NCBI GenBank assembly: GCA_051294375.1
Contig: CM119271.1
Coordinates: 16,951,799 to 17,015,798 of the forward strand
Length of the DNA stretch: 64,000 nucleotides
Source of the DNA: Paraspadella gotoi
Lineage: Eukaryota; Animalia; Chaetognatha
Reading direction: 5' to 3'
In this document: piece by piece, positions 1 to 13,947 of the stretch
How positions within the stretch are numbered: the stretch's first letter is position 1
How the letters are laid out: each line of letters starts with the position of its first letter
Notes under the pieces: generated by a model
Databases searched by the model: none
Seen by the model: only the letters and a program-made list of their open reading frames with translations
Told to the model about the DNA's origin: nothing
Program-made: the position numbers and the translations under genes

Positions 1-59
1 ATTTGTTTTCATCTCGCACCAGAAAAGTTCATTGTGCGCGCAAACTAGGTTTATTCCAG

Positions 60-1150
60 AGTTTTAAACTGCGAGGAATATGAGCCGGAAGGATTCGCTA
101 GTTAATATTCTATCTTTCAACGGATTTGCCTCTGTCCTCTCCTTAGCCACATGCTGAATCTAAACATTTTTATCATTTCCTTGTCTTGGTCCTCCATCAT
201 ACTTGCATTTTCGCTAATCTGCACCATAGAAGTTCGTTTTTTTTTTTTTATTTCTTTTTGTGATAGATATAAAGTTTGTCCGTCGTTCATCTTTGTTTCA
301 GAAGCTTCAAGCTTTTTCCTACTTCCCTTGATATTTTGCTTTCGTTTTCCTCTCTTTAAAGCTCCCATCTTATCTGCCGGTACTCTTACTAGAAATTCTT
401 CCTCCACTTCTTTGTTCTTCAACTGAGGAATCATCTTTTTGCGCTTCGTGGTCGGATAGAAAACAGATTCGCGCTATCCGTCTTTTTACTTTTCACAAAA
501 TGGTGCGTTGGTCTCATCCTCATGATGAAGCCGTCGAGCTCATACAAGTTTTCCATTTACGCAGTCGAGAACCAAGCTCCCTGTTCTTTTCTTTGTAGAA
601 GCTTTTACCCAGCATGAGAGTCGCGATTGATTATCTTCATCACCATTTCATCAAAATCTCTCAATCCGCCTTGCCTCATTGTCGATCTACTCAGTCCAAA
701 ACATTTCCTGTTGTCTCGCGCTTCTCCCTTCATCTCTTCCGATGTGTGCATTGAAATCGCCCCTATAGCAGCAGTTCCTCACCTTTGGCCCAGTTCACGG
801 TGTTCAGTGTAATCACAGCGATTCTCTTCGTTCCTTCTATTTCTACTAAATTCGCCTCTTCTTTTCTCACTGGCATGTACGTCGACACGAGCGTTGTATC
901 TCTCCTCCTAGCTTGATTGACACGCATCTTTCTGAAAATCGCTTCTTTTGGCCAATCCTGTCATCCATTCATTCTTCATTGCTATCGTCTCTTAACTAAG
1001 ATCAACCTGCCTTGGTTGAGGTTGAGATTATTAACCAGATTGCTTCTTCATTCGCTGTCCCATTCCATAGTGAGATTGAAGGCTGCCTGGTCATCGTTTT
1101 CTCTGCCTATTATCGTGTTAATAAAATTTACATCCCACGTTCTCTTATGA
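60..1150 (-). mobile_element. Non-LTR retrotransposon (RTE-like LINE) fragment, AP-endonuclease region, frameshifted
   Basis: Minus-strand translation across frameshifts gives APE motifs DTTLVSTYMPV (~870-900), GDFNAHIG (~740-765), GAWF..GK.YELDGFIM (~520-580) and LSDH (~445-460). The W..K.YELD motif resembles RTE-clade endonucleases. Confidence 0.75.
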
Positions 1151-2439
1151 CTGATGAGAGCTGCGTAATGAGAGTTACTGGTGTATTGGATCAAACTGTT
1201 TGGAGTTTTGAGAGACGCGGAAAGATGAGACAGAGGTGAATCGAGAGATAAAGAAGTGGAGTATACGCTGAGTCACTGTACGGGTAGTTGGTTCGTCGTT
1301 GATGTGTCGTTGTTGGTCGCGTTGTTGTTCGTCCTGCTAAGAAGGGATCAAAGTCACTTTATTAGGAAGTTGTTCACGGCAATTATAGAGGTGATTTATT
1401 AACCAAATTTAACTACATAGTTATAATGGCTCGAGAGACAATTGTTTATGTACTCATGGGTGTTGTCTGTGGAGGTGTATTTGCGCTCGTAAAATAAATA
1501 TAAGTTTGATTATTGTTATTGTAATTTGGTGGTCTGTCTGTCTGTCTGTCTGTCAACAGAGAAACAGTCTTTCACGGCTAAGTCATTTCTTACTTTTAAA
1601 GATCGGAATAAGAAATGAGCCTAAGTTTAATACTTTTCATTTAAGAAAGTATAAGTAATAATATTTAGTTAATAATTTTCACTTGTCGTTCGCGTGCGTC
1701 ATTAATAATTTTTCATGACTGCAAAATCGGGGATTTTTTATAGCCTTTTTATCGCCAGCGTCTCTTTTTCAACCTCTTTGCTCTTATTGCTCTTTTCCAC
1801 GGTTTGGTTATTGGTGTGGTCCAACCTTTTCGTTTGGAGTTTTATGTTTTTTAATCTCTGCTGGGTTTTAGTGTCTTTGGTCTCTTGCTTTTCTTGAACA
1901 CTGTTTGGCCTTACTTCTTTTCTGGGTCTTCTTTCCTTCTTTGCTTCTTTCTTGCAGCTCCTAGTGTTTTGAATCTAGGACTTTTCCAATCCAGCTCTCT
2001 GTTTTTTCTCTGAGATGCCCGTCTATTTCAACTTTTGCTTTATTTGATATTTTTTCGCCTGCCATCTCATTCTATGCATCCCTTTCCGAGCTTCTTTGGT
2101 GTCCTATTCGTAATACCATACTGATGGAAAAAAAAGTGTCGCGTTATTTGCCAGTTATTATCTTGGCATTTCTTAAATGTGATNNNNNNNNNNNNNNNNN
2201 NNNNNNNNAAAGATGGCAGACGGAGACGTGATATTCGTCGTTGACTTGATCTTGATAGGCGTTCGTCCTTCGGGGGACTGCCTCACTCTCAATGCTGTCG
2301 TCGTATGTTGTCGCTCTCTATTTGATCTATCGAGATCCATTCGCAAGATTACATCTAACTCGAACACTTTTGAAACTCTAGCTTCTTCAACTTCTCTTCC
2401 TGAGCTCATTAGACCAGACTATCTCACAGCTTCTCGCGG

Positions 2440-4850
2440 TGCTTGCTTATAATATTCGGGCTATACTCTTTCCCACAAACGCACTTCTTTTCGATGAGTC
2501 ACTGGCCTTACCACCACATACCTTATAGTGGTTAATCAGGTTTGCTTCCTGACGGAAAGATTCATACATTTTCCGCAACTGAAAGACTTTCTTCCTGACT
2601 GGATACCTCGTGAATCCTTTTCTTGTGGTGTCACAAGACCGGCTCTCGACTTGCATTCTTTTCCACAGTAAGAACAAATAAATTACTTTCTCTTCTCCAA
2701 CATTCCTTGTTATGCCTTCCCCCCTCCACTTATGCCCTAGACTCTTTTCCCATTTCCCACAGGATGGTTCCATCCTCTCCTTTTACTCGAATTCTCCATA
2801 GCTTTCGGTCTTTCGTCATTACTCCTATATCGCACACATCCATCCCAGCCTCTCTAATATTTTTTCTCCAGTAGTGTGGGTCCTTCTGTTCCTTTTACAT
2901 TTTAACTCCCATTTCTCTAGTTCGCTCATCCATCCAAGGATTACAGCCTTGGCTATTCGGTCATCCTCCATCCTCATCACATGTCCTATCCTTTCTAACA
3001 CTCTCTTTTCAATTTTTCCATCTTATGCTTTTTATCCTCAGGTTGGATCTCACATCCTGCATGTTAACACCTTCCTCCTGCATTTGAATCAACGGGGGCT
3101 TATTTCCTCGTCTCCACACAAATCTATATGCTTTGTCTACAAAGCTCTGAAGAGATTTTATTTCCCTTAGAGTCCAAACTCTTACGGCACTGTCAAAAGG
3201 AGAGAGTTTTCTAAGGCATGCTTCTATTATTCTTGCCTGCATCCTCTTGGATAGGCTCGACCCACTGAGCTGTTTTTTTTAAGCTTCCACCACGTCTTAT
3301 TTGCTCTCTTGATTCTGTTCTTCACATCGTCCTTCCATCCCATCCAGCTGCCTAACATCCTTACCCCACCACTACCTTTCTACCAAATTCAAGTTTCTCT
3401 CTTGTCATCAATTGTTCCTTTCCTCATATCTCCCCATGACCTCCTTAACTATTCCCACTCCTCCTTCCACTTCCTTTTCATCCCCTACTAGAGTTGTGTC
3501 ATCAGCAAAAAGGCTCTTATCAATAACTATTCCAATGGACTCTGAATTTCTTTTGCCCCCACATTTCTCCCTGTATGAAGCTTCCGGTACCCAGTTGTAC
3601 TGTATTCCAAATGTCATCCCATTCTCTTCCGCTCGAGATTTCCTTTCTATCGCTGCTTGTCTCATCACGCTGGTGATATATGTTGAATAAAATCACAGGA
3701 GGTCGGGCATCCTTCCTTAATCCTCTTTGTGGCACCCAGCTTTCACTAGTCCCCTCTTTCCCTCTTACAGCATATTCCCGTCGTTTCATGTAGACTTACC
3801 AACACCTTCAGGAAGGCGCCATCCAGTCCATACCTCTCAAGAGCCTCCACAAAGCGGGCTTGTTGACTCTAGGATATGCTTTTCTCAGGTCGAGCAGTCT
3901 TGCTACTGGGTTGAAAGTGTCCACACCCTCACCCTCCTTGCTTCCAGGTCTAAAGCATCTTCCTGCATTCTAAACATCAATCTGTGTGGCATCATGCTGT
4001 TGATCTTCCGCTCCTGATCCCGATTGATCGTCGATCAGAAGCTCCATGTCTTCTGCCCATTTCTTTAGCCTGCTAGCTACAGTCCTCGCCAGTACTCTGC
4101 TTGCATGGATAATAGGCAAACACCTCTGAAATGTTGGGGTCGTTCTTATCCCCTTTTTTCTTCCATATTGGTACAACTAAACCTCTTTTTAAGACTGTCC
4201 TCCTCAACTATCCAGCATCCCTTTCAAACATGAAGACCACATCTTGACACTCGTCTAATACAGGATTCCCTCTCTCAGCAAGTACACCAGTCTGACTCCA
4301 TCTTCCCCTGGAGCTGCCTCTCTCATTCTACTAATTCCTTCACTATTTCTTCTTTCTCTGGGGCTTTGTTAAGAGATTCTCGCCACTTCTCCGTCCTTGC
4401 ATCTTTTCTTAGGTCTGTTGCACAGTCCCACAGCCTTCATGATCTCGTCCGGGGCAGTTTCTCAAACCTTTCGCACCCAACTTTGAGATTGAGCTTTGAA
4501 ATCTTTCCTTTGTTAGCGTAGTTGACATTTCTTTCTTTGGCACCTCTTGTCCCTAGCTGACGTAACACCTTATAGCATTTTGCCTATGTCACCCCTGTTT
4601 CCTGCATCCGCACACTCCTTTATAATTTCCATCCACCATTCCTTTCCTATCTTCTCTTCGTCTTATTCCATAAGTTTCTTGCCGCTTTTAGCTCTATCCT
4701 CACTCTTCTCAGCTCTTCCCTTCCTGTCGACTCTCCATCATCTGGTTCCTCTTGTCCAGTAATTCCGTTACACCTCTTTTCATGACACTTATCTCATCCT
4801 CTCTTCCTGCCATCCATGGATCTGACACGCCTCCAAGTATGACGCGTCCA
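2440..4850 (-). mobile_element. Non-LTR retrotransposon (RTE-like LINE) reverse transcriptase region with C-terminal Cys/His finger, many frameshifts
   Basis: Minus-strand motifs occur in the expected order: MREAAPGEDGV (~4300-4330), PIWKKKG, DQSG, KAYPRVNKPALW, QRGLR..P...FNIY (~3680-3730), SLFADDTTLVG (~3485-3515), RMLGSWMG, and ..NLINHYKVCGG (~2510-2540). Confidence 0.88.
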
Positions 4851-6264
4851 ATAAGGCGCAGTTTGAACTGGCTATAAGGGGACAGTTTCAACTGCGCCCT
4901 CTTTCTGTTCACGAAAACTGTCTTTTTCCTCTGTTTTTGGGGGAATCCCTACCACTATTTTTCACGGGGAGTTACTGTTTGAAGCCTTCTGCCTTATCAC
5001 GGCGGGGAATCCCGCCGCTATTTTTGATGGGGATTGACGTTTGAAGCCCTGTCCCGCAGCCGTGAATCATCACTCATGGGCAGTCCTTGTTATAAAATAT
5101 TTTAACTAAAAACATACGAAACCTTAACAATCCTAATTTAAAAATAAATAATTTATTTGCATTTAGATTCATTCCTAAACCCTCTATTTTATATTCTCTC
5201 TCTCTCTAGTCTACCTCTCTCTTTTTTTTTTTCTATTTCATCTCTCTCTCTCTCTCTCTCTCTTTCAATCTATATATATATATATCTCTCCTCTCTCTCC
5301 TTCTCTCTCTCTCTTTCAATCTTTCTCTCTCTCTCTTTTTCTCACTATTCTTTTTTTTTTATTTTTATCTCTGTCATTTGCTCTCTTTGTCTTCTCTCTC
5401 CTTCTCTCTTTTATAAATCTTCTTCTCTGTTCTGTCTTTCCTTGGTCTCTCTCTATCCTTCTCTCTTTATCTTCTTTGTATTTCCTTCTCACTCTTATTT
5501 CTTTTTTTTATTTTTTTATCTCTTCATTTTATCTTTTCTCTTTTTTTTATATAATTCATATATTATATTATATCTCTCTCTTCTCTCTCTATCTTCTCTT
5601 CTCTCTCTTCCTTCTTTTTTTGATCCAAATGAAATTATAATATTTTGAATATTGGTAAACCATATTAAAAATACATACAAAAAAGAATGTTTTTTACTTA
5701 GCATCTTTGTGTTTGAATTGAGAAAAAGTTTTATTATAGAAACAACGATTTATTTTGAGACATTTGTTGTGTTGTTTTTTAAAATTTCAATTATTTCATT
5801 AGCACTCTATCCATCGAAGCTGTATATCCAGCTCAATAACACTTTCTTACACATCAAATATACTATATTTCTTTTCTTTTCTTTCTTTTTTAATTATCTT
5901 TTTTTCTTTTCTTTTTCTTTTTCTTTTTTCCTATATTTTTCTTTCTTCCTTTTTTTTTTTACTTTTTTCTGTCATTAATATTTCTGTAGTATTTAAAATT
6001 AATTAAAGAAAGGAAAGAAATTTCAAAATCTATGACCCTATTGTTATCGCTATTGGAGATACCTTGAAGCCTAAAACAAAAAGAACGTTGAGAGAGAGAG
6101 AGATAGAGAGATAGATAGAGAGGGAGGGAGAGAGAGAGAGTCCATTCTCGTCCCCGTCATGAAATTTGGCGGGATTTGCCGGGAATGAAATCCCGGCGAA
6201 GACGCCGCAGGGCGTAGTTGCGGTGAACTTATATTTCCTCTCCCCGAAAACTGCGCGAAGTTTA

Positions 6265-6852
6265 CCAGTTTAAAACTGCGAGGATATGGCCCGCTAATAT
6301 CTCCACGCCTCTGTCTCTGCCACATGCTGATTCCGCCGCCTCCATCAACGCATTTCGCTAATCTCACCAGTTGGATGAATAAATTCGTCGTTCATCTTTG
6401 TTCAGCTCAAGCTTTTTCCTCACTTCCCTTGATATTTTCTTTCCGTTTTCCTCGTCTTTAACAGCTCCCATCTTATCTCCGGTACTCTTACTTCACGAAA
6501 TTCTTCCTCCACTTCTTTTCTTCAACTGAGGAACATCTTTTTGCTTTGGTCGGATAGAAAAGATCGCCTTCCGTCTTACTTTTTTCACAAAATGATGTCG
6601 TTGGTCATCCTCATGATGAAGCGTCCAGCTCATACAAGTTTCCATTTAACGAGAACCAAGTCCCGTTCTTTTCTTTGTAGAAGCTATTTACCCAGCATAC
6701 GCCATTTCTTCACACCATTCATCAATTCTCTCCCTTGCTCATTTTATCTACCCAGTCCAAACACTCCTGGTTTCCGCGCTTCTCCCTTCATCTCTTCCGA
6801 TGTGTGCATTGAAATCGCCCCCAATTAGCAGCAGTTCCTCACTTTGGCCAGT
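6265..6852 (-). mobile_element. Second, deletion-ridden copy of the LINE endonuclease fragment at ~55-790
   Basis: Direct similarity to 55-790, for example the shared TCTCCCTTCATCTCTTCCGATGTGTGCATTGAAATCGCCCC and GCTCCCATCTTATCT(G)CCGGTACTCTTAC. Confidence 0.7.
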
Positions 6853-7740
6853 TTAATGTAAGAATCGAAAAATAAAATTTAGATATCAAGAATCATTGGC
6901 CTTTTGTGATTCATATAAGCTATGTCTCATTTATGTATGACAAAAAATATAGGTGTTCCATGTAAAAGAAAATGCGTTGTCCAAAAAAATGCTTCCTTCA
7001 TTTTTATCTTTTTTATATCTAAACTTGTTATTTATATATCATTTCCGGGTTTTTTTGTTACATTTTGAGTTTAACCAATACTACTAAAAATCCTCTCACG
7101 TCTAATGGTTATTGTATTATCTCCATTAGGATAGATTCAGGAATGAATCTTAATTCAAATGTCAAAAAAGAGCAATATTAAAAATACATTGATGCTGTAA
7201 ATGTTACAGAAGATTATTTTTAAATTGTAAAGTATCAATAAAAGTTATAAGGTTCCGGGTAACCTTTCTGTAAGTAAAGTTATCATTTTTATTTACCTTT
7301 GGATGTATTATCAGAATCAAGTATCAAACAAATCCAAAAATAAAAAAATAAAGATTTTGTTGAAGTGAAAGACAATGAATTATCACATTATGCAGAAACA
7401 ACTCAAGCCTGGTTTAAAAAATTTATAGAGGATCAATCTTTTTTACTGCTTGCTCAGGACTATTTTTTGCCCCAAATCTGATAAAAAATATCATGTTCTC
7501 TTAATCAAAAAGAAGTGAAAACAGTTAGAGACAACCTCTTTAGGAAGTATTTGAATGCATTGAATAATTTAATGCTGTTAAGAAATAATCATTTTATTCA
7601 GTCTTAGGGAGGTCATATTACCCATTAAAACTTATTTATTATCCAAAAAATATATTTGACAATAAAATTTTCCAAACCGTGACACTTTTTTTTCCATCAT
7701 GGTACTTCCTTGCTTTTCACTTCTAGCTCCTTCGGCTTTT

Positions 7741-8165
7741 TTCTAACCATTTCTAACCCTTTCTATCCCTTTCTAACCTTTTATAATCATTTCTAACTCT
7801 TTCTATCCCTTTCTAACCTTTTTCTAACCTTTTTTCTAACCTTTTCTAACCCTTTCTAATCATTTCTAACCCTTTCTAATTCTTTCTAACCCTTTTAACC
7901 CTTTCTAACTCTTTCTATCCATTTCTAACCCTTTCTAACCATTTCTAACCCTTTCTAACTTTTTCTATCCTTTCCAACCCTTTCTAACCCTTTCTAACCA
8001 TTTCTAACCCTTTCTAACTTTTTCTATCTCTTTCTAACCCTTTCTAACTCTTTCTAATCATTTCTAACCCTTTCGAACTTTTTCTAACCCTTTCTAACCC
8101 TTTCTAACCCCTTCTAACCATTTCTAACCCTTTCTAACCCCTTCTAACCATTTCTAACCCTACCA
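7741..8165. repeat. 10-bp minisatellite (CCCTTTCTAA)n, about 40 degenerate units
   Basis: Repeated TTCTAACCCT/TTCTAACCAT units are directly visible. Confidence 0.95.
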
Positions 8166-9439
8166 TTTCTCTCTATCCTTCTTCAAATAATTCTCGTCCT
8201 AATTTTGGTTCGACCATCGAATTATTCTTCCGCCTAATTTTCTGAAGCCAACAACTTTGCCTCCTCGATATATTCTTCCCTTTCGATTGAACCACTGGCT
8301 TTTCTCATTTCCTCTCTCTCTTCATCTCATTCCTCCTCCTCCCTCTTCCTTCCCCCGTCTTCTTCCCTTTTTTCTCCCCTTCTTCTCCTCCATTGCCATT
8401 TCCTCCCTCTCGTCCTCTCCCCCTNNNNNNNNNNNNNNNNNNNNNNNNNATCCCCCTTTCCTTCCTCTCTCTTCACTCTCCTGCTCCTTCCTTTCCTCAG
8501 CTCTCCTCCCTCTTCTATCAGTCCGCTCTCCCGTCCTCTTTCTTCCTCTCCCTCTGTCACCCCTCCACGCCCCCTTTTCTGAATACATCGAGGGGAATAT
8601 ATTTCACTGTTTGTTTTTAATAACGGTAAATCTTCGCTACGACTTTCCACTCGACCATAAAAAAAAGGCCTCCCTCTCTCTCTTTTTTAAAACGCTCTCC
8701 TCTCTCTCTCGTCTCTCTCGTCTCTCTCTCTCTCTCTTCTTTCATAGCGGCTTCTGTTTTTCTCGCTTGGCTCAAAACCCATCACCGACTATCGACGCAG
8801 TTATCTTCTTTCTTTTTTTTTTTCTTTCTTTTTCCTTTCTTTTTTCTTTTTCTTCTCAACCTTCTTCCTTTCCTCTTTCCTCCGTTTCCTATTTCCTCCG
8901 CTTTCCTCTTCCGCCTTTTTCTTCCTCTTTTCTCCCTTTCTCCTTCCCCTTCTTTCTTTCCTCTTTCCTCCCTTTCCTCCTTCCCCCTTCTATCTTCCTC
9001 TTTTCTCCCTTTCTCTTCCCCTTCTTTCTTCCTCTTTCTCCTTCCCCTTCCCCTTCTTTCTATTCTCTTTCTCCCTTTCCTCTTCCCCCTTCTTTCCTTT
9101 CCTCTTTCCTCCCTTTCCTCCTTCCCCTTCTTTCTTCCTCTTTCTTCTCTCTCCCTTATCTTTCTTCTTACTCTTTGCTTCCGTTTCCTCACTCCGTACC
9201 TTCTTCTCTCTTACCTCCCTCTCCTTCATCCCCTGCCCTCCTCCTTCCTCCACTTCTCCCTCCCTCCCTATTCCCTTCCTCTCTCAACCTTCACTTCCTC
9301 CTCCGACGCACCCTGGCGGCCCATAAAGCGCCTCCCTTTATCGACCCTTTTCGTCGTCGTCGTCGTCAGAGATTGGGTCGTTGTTTTGGGTTGTTGTTTG
9401 TTGTTGTTTTTGGTCATCGCGCGATCAACTCAACGTTCT

Positions 9440-9474
<35 letters not shown>

Positions 9475-10202
9475 GCTATATTTAATTTGTTTTTGTTTAA
9501 ATAAAGTGAAATTTTGTTAATTCGACTCGCTAACTTTTCAAAGTAGCATTGAATGTACGTTTGGGTTTGATTAAGTATGGATACATATTTCTTATAATTG
9601 TTAAAATTCTTATAAATGATTAAACTCTATTAAATCCTATTTTTTTCAAATTAATTAAAAGCCTTTTTTTAATTGACGATTTTTTCTGAAGTAAGAGGAG
9701 GAGGAGGAGGAGGAAGAGGAGGAGGAGAAGGAGGAGGAGGAGGAAGAGGAGGAGGAGGAAAAAAGAGAAATATGCAAAACTGGTTCGATTTCTTTCGAAA
9801 GCAGCACAATCCAGCTGCAGCCGTCCCTCAAGAGCTGCTGCACATCCACTGCCCAGATGTCTTCAGATAAAAGTTTCCGAGTTCAAAACAAACTTTTCTC
9901 TCTCAAGTTTTTTTGGGAGAGAAAAATCTCTTGGTTGAAGTAATTTGATTACCAATTCGTTAATGTTATTCACTTTTTTTCTTCTTTTTTTTCAAAATGG
10001 GATATCAATAAGAAAGTTACTTCTTTCTCTTTGATTTGGATGAAATATTTGTCCAAGGAGATAAAATTAACCGAGAATCAAGTCTTTGCATCATAAAACA
10101 CACATCCATAAAACAATAAAATAATTATATTAAAATAAATAAATAACAGTAAAGTCAATAATAAACAATAAAAAACCAATTCCAAATCTTTAAAAACACC
10201 AA

Positions 10203-12681
10203 ATGTTTCCGCTTCGACGCGTCCTACCTCCTCCTCCTCTTCCTCTCCTCCTCCTCCTCCTCCCTTCCGCCGCTCCGCCGCCCGCCCTTCGGTCCCCCCC
10301 CTCCGGTCCCTCGGCCACTGGCTCCTCGGTCACTCCGTCTCCCGCTCGCCGATTGGGGTCGGCATTCCACGAGGCTCTCGGCAACACGGCCAATTTTCCG
10401 CGGTGAGACTCTTGCCGGATTTTATCCGTTCGTCGTCGTCAACGACGTTCGTCTCGGCAAAGAACTGCTCGACCGGAAGGACTTTGCCGGAGGAAGACGA
10501 AGCCGGATCCGCCCAATGCGGTTATGAATCCGAATTTGGACGGTTTGATCATGCAGAGTTGGTCGCCAGTGTGGAAAGAGTTGCACAGGTAGTGTTGGAA
10601 TGTGGTTGGTCGGGAGGTGGGCAATTGGGCATAGTTTTACTTTCACCGACCGGAACCTCCCCAGTCGGTTATTTTTTACTCGCATATAAAAATTCCCTGT
10701 ATTTAGTTGCGCGGCGAATACACTTCGTCCACTTCCCCCAAGTTACTTATCTACATTTATTTTATTATCCACATTCCCGACAAGATTCACCCTGACACCC
10801 TCTCGGCATGGGCTTCGGCCGCGCCCGCATGGAGACAAGCGTGGTCGCCGAAGCAGACGCTCTCGTCGACGCCATGTTGGCGATGGGTGGCGCCGCCTTT
10901 GAACCAGAGAAACTGATACAAGTTGGCCGTCCTCGAACGTCATTTCTAAGGTCGTTGTAGTCGTTTTTTTTTTGTAGTCGTTGTTGTCTTCTTTCTAAAT
11001 TTTTTACAATTATTGTTTAAAATATCAGGGTCTATTCTTTTGTTTTGTTTAAGCAAAAGTATCAACTCCATAGTTACCAAATTTATGTTTCAAAAGACGT
11101 AAACATGTATTTTTATTCCATCATGCATGTCAATATATTAGTTTTATCTTAAAATTACGTATATTCCCGCTCTATAATTAATTTTTTTTTTTTGCAAAAT
11201 GCAAATGAGATTTTAGTTCCGATCGTCTGCTATAATCAGGTCGTCTTCGACGCCCGCTCTGAAATCGGTCAACGTTCTGAGTTCCACGAGACATTTAACG
11301 AACTTCTACAGGGCGTTCTATATCTTACAGTGCATCCGATTACAATCTCTGCCCGTCCCTGTTGAAGATCTACAAGGTAACGCGATTAAACTGAACAAAA
11401 ATTGAGAAGAGAGAAACTGACGAGAAATGAATGAATGAAATGAATGATGAATGAATGAATAAAATATATGAATGAATAAATAATTGAATGATAATTGAAT
11501 TAATAATTGAATTAATAATTATTAATTATATTACGATTGAATTAATGAATGAATGAATGAATGAATATGAATGATTGAATGAATGAATAAATGAATGAAT
11601 GAATGAATGAATGAATGAATGAATGAATGGAAAAATTAATAAATGAATTAATGAATGGCTGATTAATAAATGAATGAATGAATGAATTCAAGCAAAAAAA
11701 AGAAACGAATAACCTAATTAATAATGAATTAATGAAGAATAATGTATAATAAATAAATGAACAAACGAACGAATATCTTAAGACGCCTCAAACGAGCGCA
11801 CCCTCGGCGCCTCAACACCTCGTCGACTACATCGAAGACTCCATAAAATCCCACGAGGAGACCCTCGAACGCCAGAAGACCCCAGAGATTTCGTGGACGC
11901 GATGTTGCTGGAAAGAAGTCGGACCGGACCGCGGCACACCTTGCTCACGACAGCATCCTTCACAGCCATCATTGATTTGTTAATTCGCCCGGGACGGACA
12001 CGACGCACAAACGCCATCAACTGGAGCATCGCGTGGATGTTAAGGTAGAGGGCGTTGCTAGGAGGCAAGATGGAGGCAGAAGGGAAATGGCATTTTACAA
12101 TTATCCAGTGAAAATCTGCTTTCCCCTGCTTATAATCACCAATCACTGGCTGGTGACAAAAGGGAGGGAGCCCGATCTTGCTGCAGATTATTCTTTATTT
12201 GATGTTTAAAGATTTGGATAGAAGCTTCGCAATTTAATCATTATTTTACCTTTTGATATGATCAGCAACATAATAAATTAGTTGCAAATTTGAAACGTAA
12301 AATGGTTATCCAGGGTCAGGATATGAAATCGGTGCAAAGAATTTAAAAAAATATTCATTCTTTTGATGAATAATCTACCTTGCCCTAACTGTCTTTGGAC
12401 AAGCTGACTAGTTCAATAATTACTAAATCAATAAAATCAATCAATCAATCAATCATCAATATCCAAAAGTTTCCCGAGATTCGTGCGAACTTGTCCTCGA
12501 ATCAACTCGGTCCTCGCCCCGACGGCGCACCCCCTCGACGCCTCGCAAGCGGCTACACGGCTCCACGCTTTCGTCGACGAAGTCTTGAGAAAATCTTGCG
12601 TCGCTGATTTTAGATTCCTCACAGTCTTTTGGAGGAGATGGTGAAAATAGGAGGTATGACATACGGAAGGAGGAAGAGGTG

Positions 12682-12775
<94 letters not shown>

Positions 12776-13552
12776 TGGTTTTGCAGAAGGTTGTGGATAT
12801 GGGCATTGAAGCAAATCCGTGAGAAGGTCATTGTAATTTCAATTCCAATTTATTTTTTTTTTAAATATTAGTTTTCGTTTTCATTAATTTGAATTTTTAT
12901 TTAATTAATGTGTCTCTCTTTTCATTAATTAATTTTCAATTAATTCTCAATTCCCCTCTCGACCTCCCCCCCACCAAACAGGTCCTGCAACATCTGGTCA
13001 TCTCACCAAGATCATCTTCTTTCCCTGACCCAAACGCCTTCCTTCCTTCTCGCTTCCTCGACGGACGACGGTCTCGTAGTGGACATTTCATCTCTGCTTA
13101 TAAGCGTGACACCTTAAGTCGTGATCCAGTGGGTCATTGAGTAATATACCATGAGCTCACGACAATTAGGTACGGATCGATACCCAATAGTACTTGAGAA
13201 CGGCCTTAAACCACCTCGGGACCTGAAAACCTTTAAAGTCGCGTTTCAAGTCCAAGGCCCGTTTCATAGCTGCGGGGAGCAGGAACTATTACGGAGAGCA
13301 CTCTTCGACCCACTTAACGTCTTATCAGGTTCGATACAAAAAGAACGAAGATCTTATCCCTTCGGCTGCGGCGTGCGGCGCTGCATCGGCGAGCGGCTCG
13401 CCGGATGGAGCTGCTCTTCTTTCTGTGCAGGATGCTGCAGCGGCTGGAGGTGGCGGCTGGCCCCTGGATGCGAGATGCCCCGGATGTTCGGACGGAAGCC
13501 TTTTTTGGAGAAAGCCGAAGAATATGAGATAGCGGTGGTGGGGAGAGGGTGA
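10203..13552 (+). pseudogene. Cytochrome P450 copy 1, frameshifted in most exons (pseudogene or uncorrected long-read errors)
   Basis: Same exons as 18811-22215, including the PFGCGVRRCIGE heme motif near 13360-13395, but with many single-base indels. Confidence 0.75.
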
Positions 13553-13900
13553 GAGAGAGGGAGGAGGAGGAAGGGGAGGAGGAGGAGGAGAAGAGAGGAA
13601 GAGAGGAGGAGAGAAGACAAGAAAGTGAAGAAGGAGAGATACTAAGGGTTGACTAACTTTACTATTTTACTTACATTTAAATTAGATTTCTTAATTGCTT
13701 ACATTCTGTTCTTATTTATTTGGGAAAATTTACTTTTGATATTTGTCGTATGACCTAATTAATTGCATATTGCAATATTACGTAGCTGGACATATATATT
13801 ACATTCGCATATTACATACTTAAACGAAATTTTTTTTCTTGAAATTCAAAATTAAATGTAGAGGGAACTAGAGATAGAGGGGAGGAGCGAGAGAGAGAGA

Positions 13901-13947
<47 letters not shown>

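Noticed and set aside
6071-6367. 98-aa minus-strand ORF as a gene
   Set aside because: It overlaps a garbled copy of the LINE fragment and ends in a microsatellite.
10203-13552. Programmed frameshifting or RNA editing to rescue P450 copy 1
   Set aside because: The indels are random and equally frequent in introns and flanks, consistent with read error or decay.
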